Below, piece after piece: positions 39,804 to 49,150 of a DNA stretch of 64,000 bases (position 1 is its first letter; each line of letters opens with the position of its first letter). The DNA is from an uncultured bacterium (GTDB lineage Bacteria > Patescibacteriota > JABMPQ01 > CAVVCK01): assembly GCA_963746775.1 (NCBI GenBank), contig CAVVCK010000002.1:11571-75570 (forward strand), in the 5' to 3' direction. The notes beneath the pieces are model-generated. The model was not told where the DNA came from and did no database searches. It saw only the letters and a list, made by a program, of their open reading frames with translations. A program made the position numbers and the translations under genes.

Positions 39804-39865
39804 TATAAATAAACTATCTTCGTAACCCCATTGTACAACAGAATAAACTTCGCGGAGAAAACACC
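39804..39865. repeat. 62-bp imperfect direct repeat, copy 2 (upstream of mrr)
   Basis: Matches 38801-38862; includes TG-T-TG-TACAAT, an extended -10-like element, on the minus strand. Confidence 0.85.
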
Positions 39866-39897
39866 ATGCGATCGAATGTAAATTCTAGCCGTCGTAA

Positions 39898-40242
39898 TTA
39901 TTCGTCTAACTTTCTCAATCGCTTAATCACCGAATCCTGATACAACCTAAAAGCTTTTCGTTTTTCCTTAATGTAAATATAGGGCGTGCCAAGAACCTCG
40001 GAACATTTTTGGCATTTTAACGCCGGGACTTTATTGATACTTGAGACTTGTAGGCCAACCATATTATCAGGCGCGAATATTCTATCTAAGTATAATCGTC
40101 GCAAATTACCAGGCCCATCTTTCTGATATACTACAACAATACTCTCGCATTTACGACAACAAATATTTAAAAGCCTTGAATGGCCACCTCGAGCAGACTT
40201 ATATTTATCTTTCTTGAACGAAAAGCTTGTTTTTTTACTCAT
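39898..40242 (-). CDS. Basic hypothetical protein with two CxxC motifs (Zn-ribbon-like)
   Basis: CRKC..YQKDGPGNLRRLYLDRI..CQKC. Confidence 0.75.
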   Translation of the reverse strand: MSKKTSFSFKKDKYKSARGGHSRLLNICCRKCESIVVVYQKDGPGNLRRLYLDRIFAPDNMVGLQVSSINKVPALKCQKCSEVLGTPYIYIKEKRKAFRLYQDSVIKRLRKLDE

Positions 40243-40317
40243 AGGCTAGAATTTATTTTGGTTAACCAGTTATATACGAACTAATTATTTTATTATTTAA
40301 AATAAGCTAAAAATATT

Positions 40318-41487
40318 TTAAAACGTCTTACGGATATCAATACAACTTATCATTCTATCAACCCTAGATTCCCAAGAATAATCTTTAACCGATTCAAGTC
40401 TTTTTATTTCTAATTCTTTATTATTGTTTTTTAAAGCTTCCTGAATTTTATCATTAAATTCTTCCTTATCTTTCGCTACATAAATTAAATCTTTAAAATT
40501 CTCAATGCCAGCGACAGGAGTTGTAACTACCGGTTTACCACAAGCTAGGTATTCATATAATTTCAAAGGATTCATCGATTTAGTAAACTCGTTGATTTTA
40601 TGAGGAATAATAGCTACATCAAAATTATTTAAATAATTGGGTAATTCTTCATATTTTACTCTATCAATAAAATGAATATTTTTTTTGTTTTTTATTTTAT
40701 CAATATTGGCATCCGGCCAAACATCGCCAATCAAAACAACTGATTTGTCTTCATTTTTATCACTAATATATTCTATCAACTCAATATCTATCCTATTTTG
40801 AATAATTCCAACATATCCAATAATCGGATGAGAGATATTGTCAATCTTTGTATCTAGTATTTTGTATTTAGTATTTTGAAAAAAATCAATGTCTACTCCG
40901 TTCGGCATCCAATGAACATTTTTATTGCTTTTAAATAAATTTATCAAATCTTCTGAAACAGTAAAAATTAAATCAGCCTTTTGATCAATTAAATTATAAT
41001 TATCTTTTAATCTTTCTTTATAATTTTTAAAATTAGGGTGTTCTATCCAATTATCCACGGTATCAAATATTTTTATTTCCGATTTTATTTTATTAAAATA
41101 ATCAACAAACATGGGAAAATACGACCAGAGAATAATATTTTCTAGTTTTAAATCATCAATAATCCTGTTAATTTTGTTATAAACTTTATCTTCGGAAAAT
41201 ATGGAGTCGATAGTTGAATAAGTGTAGAGTTTTTCGGAAACTTTTTTTAAAACAGAAGTAGGATCTCTTTTTAATACTTTACTATTATTTTTTGATATTT
41301 GATTTTCATAATAAGAACGCAGAGCCCTTTTCTTAGTATATGGCAAAAAATCTACATGCAAAATTTTACCAACATTATTATTTTTCAATAATTGGTTTAG
41401 TATATGATAATTTCTATTCACAATCCCCTTTTTATCCCAGTCATTCCAATCTGACATGGAAAACATTATAATGTCAAATTTTTTCAT
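40318..41487 (-). CDS. GT-B glycosyltransferase (TuaH-like)
   Basis: PNGVD, IGYVG, NPLKLYEYLACGKPVV. Confidence 0.9.
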   Translation of the reverse strand: MKKFDIIMFSMSDWNDWDKKGIVNRNYHILNQLLKNNNVGKILHVDFLPYTKKRALRSYYENQISKNNSKVLKRDPTSVLKKVSEKLYTYSTIDSIFSEDKVYNKINRIIDDLKLENIILWSYFPMFVDYFNKIKSEIKIFDTVDNWIEHPNFKNYKERLKDNYNLIDQKADLIFTVSEDLINLFKSNKNVHWMPNGVDIDFFQNTKYKILDTKIDNISHPIIGYVGIIQNRIDIELIEYISDKNEDKSVVLIGDVWPDANIDKIKNKKNIHFIDRVKYEELPNYLNNFDVAIIPHKINEFTKSMNPLKLYEYLACGKPVVTTPVAGIENFKDLIYVAKDKEEFNDKIQEALKNNNKELEIKRLESVKDYSWESRVDRMISCIDIRKTF

Positions 41488-41543
41488 AATTTAAAAATTC
41501 CTTTTAATTTAAGGCTATATAATCTATGATATTATTATAACAT

Positions 41544-42998
41544 ATGTTAAATCAAATAAAACATCTAGGAAAACATACTTTTATATATGCCATAGGCTCT
41601 GCTATCCAGACTTTGGTAGCTTTTATATTAGTTCCGATTTATACCCATTATTTAACGCCTGCTCAATACGGTCAATTAGAAATATTAAATACTATTCTTT
41701 TAATTTTGACTATGATCTTATCTTTCGGTTTCGCTTCAGCAGTAATAAAAGTGCATGAACAGGATTGTTCGACAGAAAAGGAGAAGAAAGCGGTGCTAGG
41801 TACTATGTATCTATTCGTCATGCCTATTGCTTCACTGATTAGTTTATTATTTTTTATTTTTTCTAAATCCATTACTAAATTATTATTAGGAGATGTAGGT
41901 GAAGTTAATTTATTCTATTTAGTTTTAGGATTGAATATTTTTACCATATTTTCCATGCTTTCCTTCTCCTTGCTCCGAGCCAAGGAAAAATCACTATATT
42001 ATATTTTAGTTTCTTTTTTTAGATTTATATTAACCTTGGGTATAAATATTTATTTAGTAGTTGTATTGCAATTAGGTATTTTTGGAATCTTAGCTGGCAA
42101 TTTAATTGCTACTATTCTAGCTTCCTTTATCTTTATTCCCTCTATTATTAAATATATAAAATTTACTATTTCCAAAAAATATTTAGCTAAACTATCCTAT
42201 TTTGGCATTGCTATTATTCCAGCCGCTATTGCTTCTTGGATTATGGATTTATCGGATAGATATTATTTAAAACATTTTACAGATTTATCGGAAGTAGGAA
42301 TTTATTCTCTAGGCTATAAAATAGGTATGGTCGCTTCAGTCTTGATGGTTACTCCTTTTCAACTAGCTTGGCCAACGATATCTTATGCCCTAGCCAAAAA
42401 GGATGATGCCAAAGAAATTTATGCCAGAGTCCTAACCTATTTTTTATTTATCTCTTCTTTCGTAGCTCTGGGGCTAACTCTTTTTTCTCCACAAGTAATT
42501 GAAATAATTTCACCAGCCAATTACGCCAGGGCAGCTATTGTGGTTCCTTTTGTGGCTTTTGCTTACGTTCTCTACGGTGTCCATTTTATAATTGTGCCGG
42601 GATTACATCTAAAAGGAAAAACAAAATATTACCCTCTAATAATTGGCATTCCGGCAGTAATGAATCTTTTTTTAAATTATTTTTTTGTACCACAATTTGG
42701 CATGTTGGGCGCAGCTATGACTACCCTCTTTTGTTTTGTCTTAATGGTCATTATCACCTATTTATTTTCAAATTATTATTATAAAGTTAAATATGAATGG
42801 TTTAGAGGGTTAAAAATTGTATTTGTACTAATTTTAGCCCTAATTTCTAGTTTTTATATAAATGGATCATTCTGGCAGGAAATACTTTACAACTGCTTGA
42901 TTTTATTGGGTTTTATTGTTATTCTATACATAATTAGATTTTTTAGAAAAGGTGAAATAGAACAATTTTTAGCCATTTTAAAAAAATTTAAGCCATAG
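41544..42998 (+). CDS. Wzx-type polysaccharide flippase
   Basis: PIYTHYLTPAQYG, SDRY.L, VGIYSLGYK; about 14 TM. Confidence 0.9.
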   Translation: MLNQIKHLGKHTFIYAIGSAIQTLVAFILVPIYTHYLTPAQYGQLEILNTILLILTMILSFGFASAVIKVHEQDCSTEKEKKAVLGTMYLFVMPIASLISLLFFIFSKSITKLLLGDVGEVNLFYLVLGLNIFTIFSMLSFSLLRAKEKSLYYILVSFFRFILTLGINIYLVVVLQLGIFGILAGNLIATILASFIFIPSIIKYIKFTISKKYLAKLSYFGIAIIPAAIASWIMDLSDRYYLKHFTDLSEVGIYSLGYKIGMVASVLMVTPFQLAWPTISYALAKKDDAKEIYARVLTYFLFISSFVALGLTLFSPQVIEIISPANYARAAIVVPFVAFAYVLYGVHFIIVPGLHLKGKTKYYPLIIGIPAVMNLFLNYFFVPQFGMLGAAMTTLFCFVLMVIITYLFSNYYYKVKYEWFRGLKIVFVLILALISSFYINGSFWQEILYNCLILLGFIVILYIIRFFRKGEIEQFLAILKKFKP

Positions 42999-43103
42999 AT
43001 TTAGCAGATTAAACAGAAAAAAATCTTGAAATTATTTCTGCTAAATTAGTTTAATCTGCGCTAGAAAGTTAATTTATAAACTAATAATACAATTATCTAT
43101 TTT

Positions 43104-44048
43104 ATGAAATTAATAGTTACAATTCCCGCTTATAACGAAGAAAAAACAATTGCTTCAGTAATTCGTGAGATACCGCGCCAAATTGAGGGTATTGAGAATG
43201 TTAAAATTTTAGTGTTAAACGATGGTTCTACTGATAATACGGCTCAAGTCGCTTCTAGTGCTGGAGCTGATTTTGTAATATCACATAAAAAAAACAAGGG
43301 ATTAGCCATAACCTTCAAAGATGCTATTGAGGAAGCTCTAAAAAAAGGAGCTGACATTATTGTCAATACCGACGCCGACAATCATTATGATCAATCTAGG
43401 ATTCCCGAATTAATCAAACCAATTTTAAATAAAAAGGCTGATTTGGTTATAGGCTCAAGAAAAGTAGAAGAACTTGACCATATGCCCCGCAAAAATAAAT
43501 ATGGAAATATTATGGGCAGCTGGCTGGTGTGTAAATTATCAGGCTTGGGTAAAATAGATGTTTCCTCTGGATTTAGAGCCTATACCAGAGAAACAGCCCT
43601 GAGAATGAATATCTTATCCCCCCATACCTATACTCACGAAACACTAATTCAAGCAGCCGAAAATAAATTATCTATAATAGAAATACCCATTAAAGCCCGT
43701 GAAGTAAAACGAAAATCAAAATTAATAAAAAGTATCCCTCGACATATTGCCAAATCATTAACTGTAATATTGAGAGTATTTTCTCTCTACAATTTTATAA
43801 AAATATTTATTACTCTAGGCTTAATACTATTTATAATCGGCCTAATACCTATTTTTAGATTTATATATTTTTATTTTTTAAATGGAGGCCAAGGTCATAT
43901 CCAATCATTAATTATTGGTACTATGATGACTCTAATTGGATTTATTACGATTGCTATTGCCCTGCTGGCTTCGGCCATTGATTGGAATAGAAAATTAATC
44001 GAGGAAATTTTATATAAAACTAAGAAACAAGGGTTAAGTAAAAAATAA
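43104..44048 (+). CDS. GT2 (DPM-synthase-like) glycosyltransferase with C-terminal TMs
   Basis: IPAYNEE, NDGSTD, DAD, SGFRAY. Confidence 0.9.
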   Translation: MKLIVTIPAYNEEKTIASVIREIPRQIEGIENVKILVLNDGSTDNTAQVASSAGADFVISHKKNKGLAITFKDAIEEALKKGADIIVNTDADNHYDQSRIPELIKPILNKKADLVIGSRKVEELDHMPRKNKYGNIMGSWLVCKLSGLGKIDVSSGFRAYTRETALRMNILSPHTYTHETLIQAAENKLSIIEIPIKAREVKRKSKLIKSIPRHIAKSLTVILRVFSLYNFIKIFITLGLILFIIGLIPIFRFIYFYFLNGGQGHIQSLIIGTMMTLIGFITIAIALLASAIDWNRKLIEEILYKTKKQGLSKK

Positions 44049-44132
44049 ATCAGATTATTAGATCATTGTATTGTTAACAACTTAAAATGATTTAACAATT
44101 TCTGCCTCTAATGGCGGATAGCAATTTAATTA

Positions 44133-45197
44133 ATGAAAGTATTATTTATAACCAGAAAATATCCTCCCCAAATAGGTGGTATGGAAAAATATAGCTATGA
44201 TCTTATAAAAAACTTTACCAGGGGAAAAGAAGTTATCGCTCTTAAAAAATCACAAATACATTTAATTTGGTTTATCCCTTATGCTTTAATTAGGGGTATT
44301 TTTTTATCAAGAAGAGTGGATTTAATTTATTTATGTGATAGTTTATTAGGACCAGTAGGTTTAATTCTAAAATATATATCTAGAAAACCTGTCCTAGTTA
44401 CTGCCCATGGATTAGATATAATATATAATAATTGGATATATAGAAATATTAACGTAAGATCTTTAAAGTATTTAGATAAAGTTATAGCAGTCAGTAAATT
44501 TACCAGAAATAATTGCTTAAATTACGGGATTGATCCCGAAAGGTGTATTTTTATTCCTAATGGGATTGAAATAGATGATGCTAAGAAAAAATTTAACAAA
44601 CAAGATCTTTCTAAATTTTTAAAATTCAATGTTTCTAATAAAAAAATATTATTATCAATAGGTAGGTTAACAAAAAGAAAAGGATTTGCTTGGTTTATTA
44701 AACATGTTATAAAAAGATTAGATGATAATATTATCTATTTAATTGCCGGTACAGGCAGTGAAGAAAAAATAATCAGAGAAACAATTATTAAGAGCAGAGT
44801 AATGAATCAGGTAATAATGTTAGGAAGCATTTCTGAGGAAAATAAAGAGCTACTGTATCAAACTGCTGATATATTTATTATGCCCAACATTGAAATAAAA
44901 AATAATCAGGAAGGATTTGGCTTAACTTCCCTAGAAGCATCAAAAGCAGGCTTAATTGTTATGGCTTCAGATATAGAAGGAATCACTGATGCTATTATTG
45001 ATAATAAAAATGGCTATTTAGTTGAAGCGGGTAATGAAAATAAATTTATAGAAAAAATTAACAATATTTTAAATTCCAGTGACATAGAAAATATTGGCAA
45101 AAGATTTAGTGATTATACTAAAGAAAATTTTGCTTGGAAAAATATAATCGCAAAATATGAAAGTGAATTTAAAAATGTTTTAGAAAAATCAAATTGA
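44133..45197 (+). CDS. GT4 glycosyltransferase
   Basis: YPPQIGGME, GRL..RKG, EGFGLTSLEA. Confidence 0.9.
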   Translation: MKVLFITRKYPPQIGGMEKYSYDLIKNFTRGKEVIALKKSQIHLIWFIPYALIRGIFLSRRVDLIYLCDSLLGPVGLILKYISRKPVLVTAHGLDIIYNNWIYRNINVRSLKYLDKVIAVSKFTRNNCLNYGIDPERCIFIPNGIEIDDAKKKFNKQDLSKFLKFNVSNKKILLSIGRLTKRKGFAWFIKHVIKRLDDNIIYLIAGTGSEEKIIRETIIKSRVMNQVIMLGSISEENKELLYQTADIFIMPNIEIKNNQEGFGLTSLEASKAGLIVMASDIEGITDAIIDNKNGYLVEAGNENKFIEKINNILNSSDIENIGKRFSDYTKENFAWKNIIAKYESEFKNVLEKSN

Positions 45198-45226
45198 ATT
45201 ATTAATTTATTTTTATTTTTTTATAT

Positions 45227-47230
45227 ATGACCTCAGAATCATTTTTTAGAAGAATATTTTTAATTTTTATATTATTTATAAATCTAAGCTTGGGCTATGC
45301 TATTTTTGGTTATTTTAAATTAAATGTTATTGTAGCTTCCCTGCTTTTAATATTTTTAACGTTATTTTTATATTTTTCTTTTAAAACTTTCATAAAAGAA
45401 AAAGTCAGAATTTCTAAATTTGAAATCCTAATTATTATTATAATTGTTTTTATTACTTTATTTAATGTTCTTTTTTATCATAATATGCCCAGAGGAAGAG
45501 ATGATATGGCTTATATAGCAGCTTCGGCTGAACTGGTGGACTCGGGTAGTTTATCTTTTAATGATCCCCTAAGTTATCCTTATCATCCCTTTAGAAATTT
45601 AGGAGGAGATACTTTTACTTCCAGATTTCTTCCTGGCTACATTGTCTATTTATCTATTTTTTATATCTTATTTGGCTCAGCTGCTGTTTTTTGGGCTAAT
45701 GCTTTATTAATTTTTCCTTCCCTCTTGATTATTTATTTTATTGGCAAAGAATTATCTAATAGAAAAGTTGGTCTGATTAGTGTTTTGTTAATTTCAACTT
45801 TTTATACTTCCTTTTGGTTTCCTCGGAGAACTGTTTCGGAAAATCTATTAATGTTTTTACTATTATTTGGCTGTTGGCTCACTGTATATGCCTTTAAAAA
45901 GAAAAGGGCTGGCTATTTTTTTCTGGCTCTACCTGTATTTTCTTTTTCTATATTAGTCAGAGGAGAAGCTTTGGGATATTTATTGATGTTTATAATTGTT
46001 TTACTTTTAGGATTAATTAAATTTAAAAAAGAAATAAAAAATAATTTACAATTTATTATTCCCGGCACAGTCATATTTTTTATAAATTTATATTTATTCA
46101 AAACTTACGGGGATCTGTATGGAACTGATTATATTAAATATGTCCTAGATAGCGCCAGAGATGCAGCTCAATTTTTATGGGGATTAAGTAATTTAACTTT
46201 ATTTTTTACACTGCTGACAGTAATGGTGTTGTTTGTTATTTATTATCTCTATAAAAACAAGTTTTTTATCATTAAACAATCCAGGGTTAATAAATTAAGA
46301 AATTTTATTTTAATATTATCTTTTTTATTTTTTTCCATATATGAGATATTAGCCATTTACAATCTAAACACTAAAGAATATGTTAAATGGAATTATTTTG
46401 ATAACCAATATGTTTTGTTTAGTTTTTTAAAATATTATTTGATAATATACATAATTATATTTTTTTACGGCATCTATAAAAAATATTACTCTAAAACAGT
46501 CTATGCTATTATTTTCATATTATCTCCTGTCCTTATCTTCTTTAAAACTCCCAGTATTGCTCCTGATCATCCTTGGTTTATGAGAAGATTTTTTCCTGTC
46601 GTTATACCTTTAATAATTATACTCTCCAGTATAGTTCTTGAAAAAATATTAAAAGACAAAAAGAAGGTTTATCTAACAGTTATAATTTTGATAATAATTA
46701 ATTTATCTATCTCTCTCCCTATTTTAACCTTCAAGGAGGATCAAGGAGTAGATAATCAGTTAGAAAATTTATCTAATAAATTTCAATCTACAGATTTAGT
46801 TTTAATGGAGCCTGGCTGGCAATGGCAGCAATGGGGATATGCTCTGCATTACGTTTATAATATGAATGTTTTACCTAATGTAGATGAATTAAATTCAAAA
46901 GATTTTCCTAATTTATTGAAAAAATATAATAAAGTCTATATTCTATCTTCCAAAAGATATGACATTTATCCGGGATATGAAGATAATAATTTAGAGTATT
47001 TATACGACTGGAAATTAAAATATCCCTATCTAGAGCGAGACAGCTGGCTAACCTATTATATTGATCACAATAGAGAAGCTCTAGAGGTAAGCAAAGTAAA
47101 AGAAGCTTTAAAAAATATTCCGCCACAAAAAATCAGCGAAACTGAAGAGACTTATTATGTTTTCAAGGTTTTAGACAAAAATAAATTAGATGTTAATAAA
47201 CTATTCGAGTATAATAATAGTAGTTTTTAA
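45227..47230 (+). CDS. Polytopic membrane protein, GT-C (PMT/ArnT-like) candidate
   Basis: GRDDMAY acidic motif after the N-terminal TMs; SE motif; many TM; soluble C-terminal domain. Confidence 0.65.
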   Translation: MTSESFFRRIFLIFILFINLSLGYAIFGYFKLNVIVASLLLIFLTLFLYFSFKTFIKEKVRISKFEILIIIIIVFITLFNVLFYHNMPRGRDDMAYIAASAELVDSGSLSFNDPLSYPYHPFRNLGGDTFTSRFLPGYIVYLSIFYILFGSAAVFWANALLIFPSLLIIYFIGKELSNRKVGLISVLLISTFYTSFWFPRRTVSENLLMFLLLFGCWLTVYAFKKKRAGYFFLALPVFSFSILVRGEALGYLLMFIIVLLLGLIKFKKEIKNNLQFIIPGTVIFFINLYLFKTYGDLYGTDYIKYVLDSARDAAQFLWGLSNLTLFFTLLTVMVLFVIYYLYKNKFFIIKQSRVNKLRNFILILSFLFFSIYEILAIYNLNTKEYVKWNYFDNQYVLFSFLKYYLIIYIIIFFYGIYKKYYSKTVYAIIFILSPVLIFFKTPSIAPDHPWFMRRFFPVVIPLIIILSSIVLEKILKDKKKVYLTVIILIIINLSISLPILTFKEDQGVDNQLENLSNKFQSTDLVLMEPGWQWQQWGYALHYVYNMNVLPNVDELNSKDFPNLLKKYNKVYILSSKRYDIYPGYEDNNLEYLYDWKLKYPYLERDSWLTYYIDHNREALEVSKVKEALKNIPPQKISETEETYYVFKVLDKNKLDVNKLFEYNNSSF

Positions 47231-47289
47231 TCGATACTAATATACGAATTAATACTAATTATACTAATTTATTGTTTTAATAAAATAAG

Positions 47290-47730
47290 ATGAAAATAAA
47301 AAAAATATTACTATATATATTTATTATTTGTAGCATATTGTTAGCTGTCTCTTTATTGGGTCTTATAAAATTTCCCTGGCAGCAATCCTTCCGAGTAGTT
47401 TTTGGATCATTTTATGTTTTATTCCTACCAGGTTTTATTTGGAGTTATGTTTTTTTTGAAAAATCAAAAACAGCTAAAGATAAAAATGGCAGAGAAGAAG
47501 CTTCCGCAGAAAAACCATTGGACGGAATTGAAAGAATACTGCTTTCTTTTGCTCTATCCATAGCACTTAGTCCCCTAACCTTATTTTTCTTGAATAAAAT
47601 TGGTGTAAAAATAAATTTAATAAATAGTTTTTTGGTTATTTTAGGATTAATTGTTATGGGATTGGGAATAGTATTTTATAAAAATAATTTTTACAGAAAA
47701 ACAGAACAAAAAAATACTAATGGTAAATAA
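47290..47730 (+). CDS. DUF1616-like membrane protein
   Basis: VLFLPGF..F..ERILLSFALSIAL. Confidence 0.75.
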   Translation: MKIKKILLYIFIICSILLAVSLLGLIKFPWQQSFRVVFGSFYVLFLPGFIWSYVFFEKSKTAKDKNGREEASAEKPLDGIERILLSFALSIALSPLTLFFLNKIGVKINLINSFLVILGLIVMGLGIVFYKNNFYRKTEQKNTNGK

Positions 47731-49150
47731 TAATACAAAAAGCATTGCTAGAAATAGCTTATGGTTAGTTATAAGTGAAATTATAAATGGCATATTGATG
47801 TTTATAATAACTATATTTTTGGCCAGGTTTTTAGGTGTTGAGGGCTATGGAAAATTAACATTTGTACTAAGTTTTGTTACTTTATTTATTATTCCTATAG
47901 ATTTAGGCTTAAGTCCTTTAATTACTAAGGAATTAGCTGGAGAAAAAGAAAAAATTAAAAAATATTTAGATAACCTAATTTTATTCAGAATAATATTGGG
48001 TATTATAGCGTTTTTACTTATAATTTTGATAATACGATTATTGAATCAAGATAACGATGTTATATTTTTGGCATATCTCTTGGGACTTTGGACTATTTTC
48101 CAAACCAGTACTCAATTTTTTCAGGCAATTTTCCGATCACAAGAGAAAATGTTTTATGAGGCTATAACAAGAGTATCTCATGCTTTTATTTTAGCTATTT
48201 TATCAATTTATTTTATTATGTCCGGATATAGTCTTATTTATTTTGGCTGGGCTTATTGTGCAGCTGCTTTTTTTACTCTATTTATAACTATAATTTTTAC
48301 TTGGACAAAGTTTTCACATTTTAGTTTGAAATTTGATATTAAATTTATCAAAAATATATTTAGAAAATCTTGGCCATTTGCTCTGAGTCTATTGTTTATA
48401 TCTATTTATTATTACATAGATTCTGTAATGCTTGGTATTCTGAAAGGTAATAAAGAGGTTGGATTATATAATGCTGCTTATAAATTAATTGTCTTTATCC
48501 TGATCATTGGTTCTGTAATAGCTAGAAGTACTTATCCTATAATCTCTAAACTTTTTAAAACTTCTTTTATAAAACTAAAAGTATTTTTAGAAAATTATAA
48601 TAAATTTATCTTTATTATCGCTATACCTATTGCTTTTGGCGGCGTTATTTTATCGCGCCAAATAATACTATTTATTTATGGAGAAAATTTTAATGAATCA
48701 ATTTTTGCTTTTCAAATATTAGTTATATCAGCTGCAATTGTTTATATAAGTACAATTTATGCTCATTCTTTACAAATATGTAATAAACAAAAAATCCATT
48801 TACTAGGAATGGGGTTGGGTGCACTTATTAATATTACTTTGAATTTCATTTTAATACCCTACTTTGGATTAATAGCTGCTGCTGCTGCTACTCTTCTTAC
48901 GGAAATATTTATTTTGATTTTTATGTTTGTTAATTTTTCTAAAATTATAAAATTAGGTGTTTTAAAATATTTTTACAAGCCATTCATTGCCTCATTGGGC
49001 ATGTTTTTATTAATATATTTTGTAAATCAATTAAATTTATTTTTATTATTAATTACAGGAGTATTATTTTATTTTATAATCATTATTTTAATAAAAGGTA
49101 TCTCCAAAAATGATTTAGCAGTAATTAATAATTTAATAAGAAGAAAGTAA
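47720..49150 (+). CDS. Wzx-type flippase
   Basis: ARFLGVEGYG, DLGL, IYYYIDSVML, VGLYNAAY. Confidence 0.9.
   Translation: MVNNNTKSIARNSLWLVISEIINGILMFIITIFLARFLGVEGYGKLTFVLSFVTLFIIPIDLGLSPLITKELAGEKEKIKKYLDNLILFRIILGIIAFLLIILIIRLLNQDNDVIFLAYLLGLWTIFQTSTQFFQAIFRSQEKMFYEAITRVSHAFILAILSIYFIMSGYSLIYFGWAYCAAAFFTLFITIIFTWTKFSHFSLKFDIKFIKNIFRKSWPFALSLLFISIYYYIDSVMLGILKGNKEVGLYNAAYKLIVFILIIGSVIARSTYPIISKLFKTSFIKLKVFLENYNKFIFIIAIPIAFGGVILSRQIILFIYGENFNESIFAFQILVISAAIVYISTIYAHSLQICNKQKIHLLGMGLGALINITLNFILIPYFGLIAAAAATLLTEIFILIFMFVNFSKIIKLGVLKYFYKPFIASLGMFLLIYFVNQLNLFLLLITGVLFYFIIIILIKGISKNDLAVINNLIRRK

Larger units (their letters stand above)
31812..40242 (-). mobile_element. Horizontally acquired defence island (no integrase seen)
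   Basis: hsdM/hsdR visibly more GC-rich (many gcg/cgc codons) than flanks; six co-oriented RM/accessory genes interrupt a glycan/envelope region. Confidence 0.65.

Noticed and set aside
38801-39865. Repeat pair as a DGR TR/VR or integron attC sites
   Set aside because: Mismatches are not adenine-specific, both copies are non-coding, no reverse transcriptase or integrase is present, and I saw no RYYYAAC/GTTRRRY palindromic ends.
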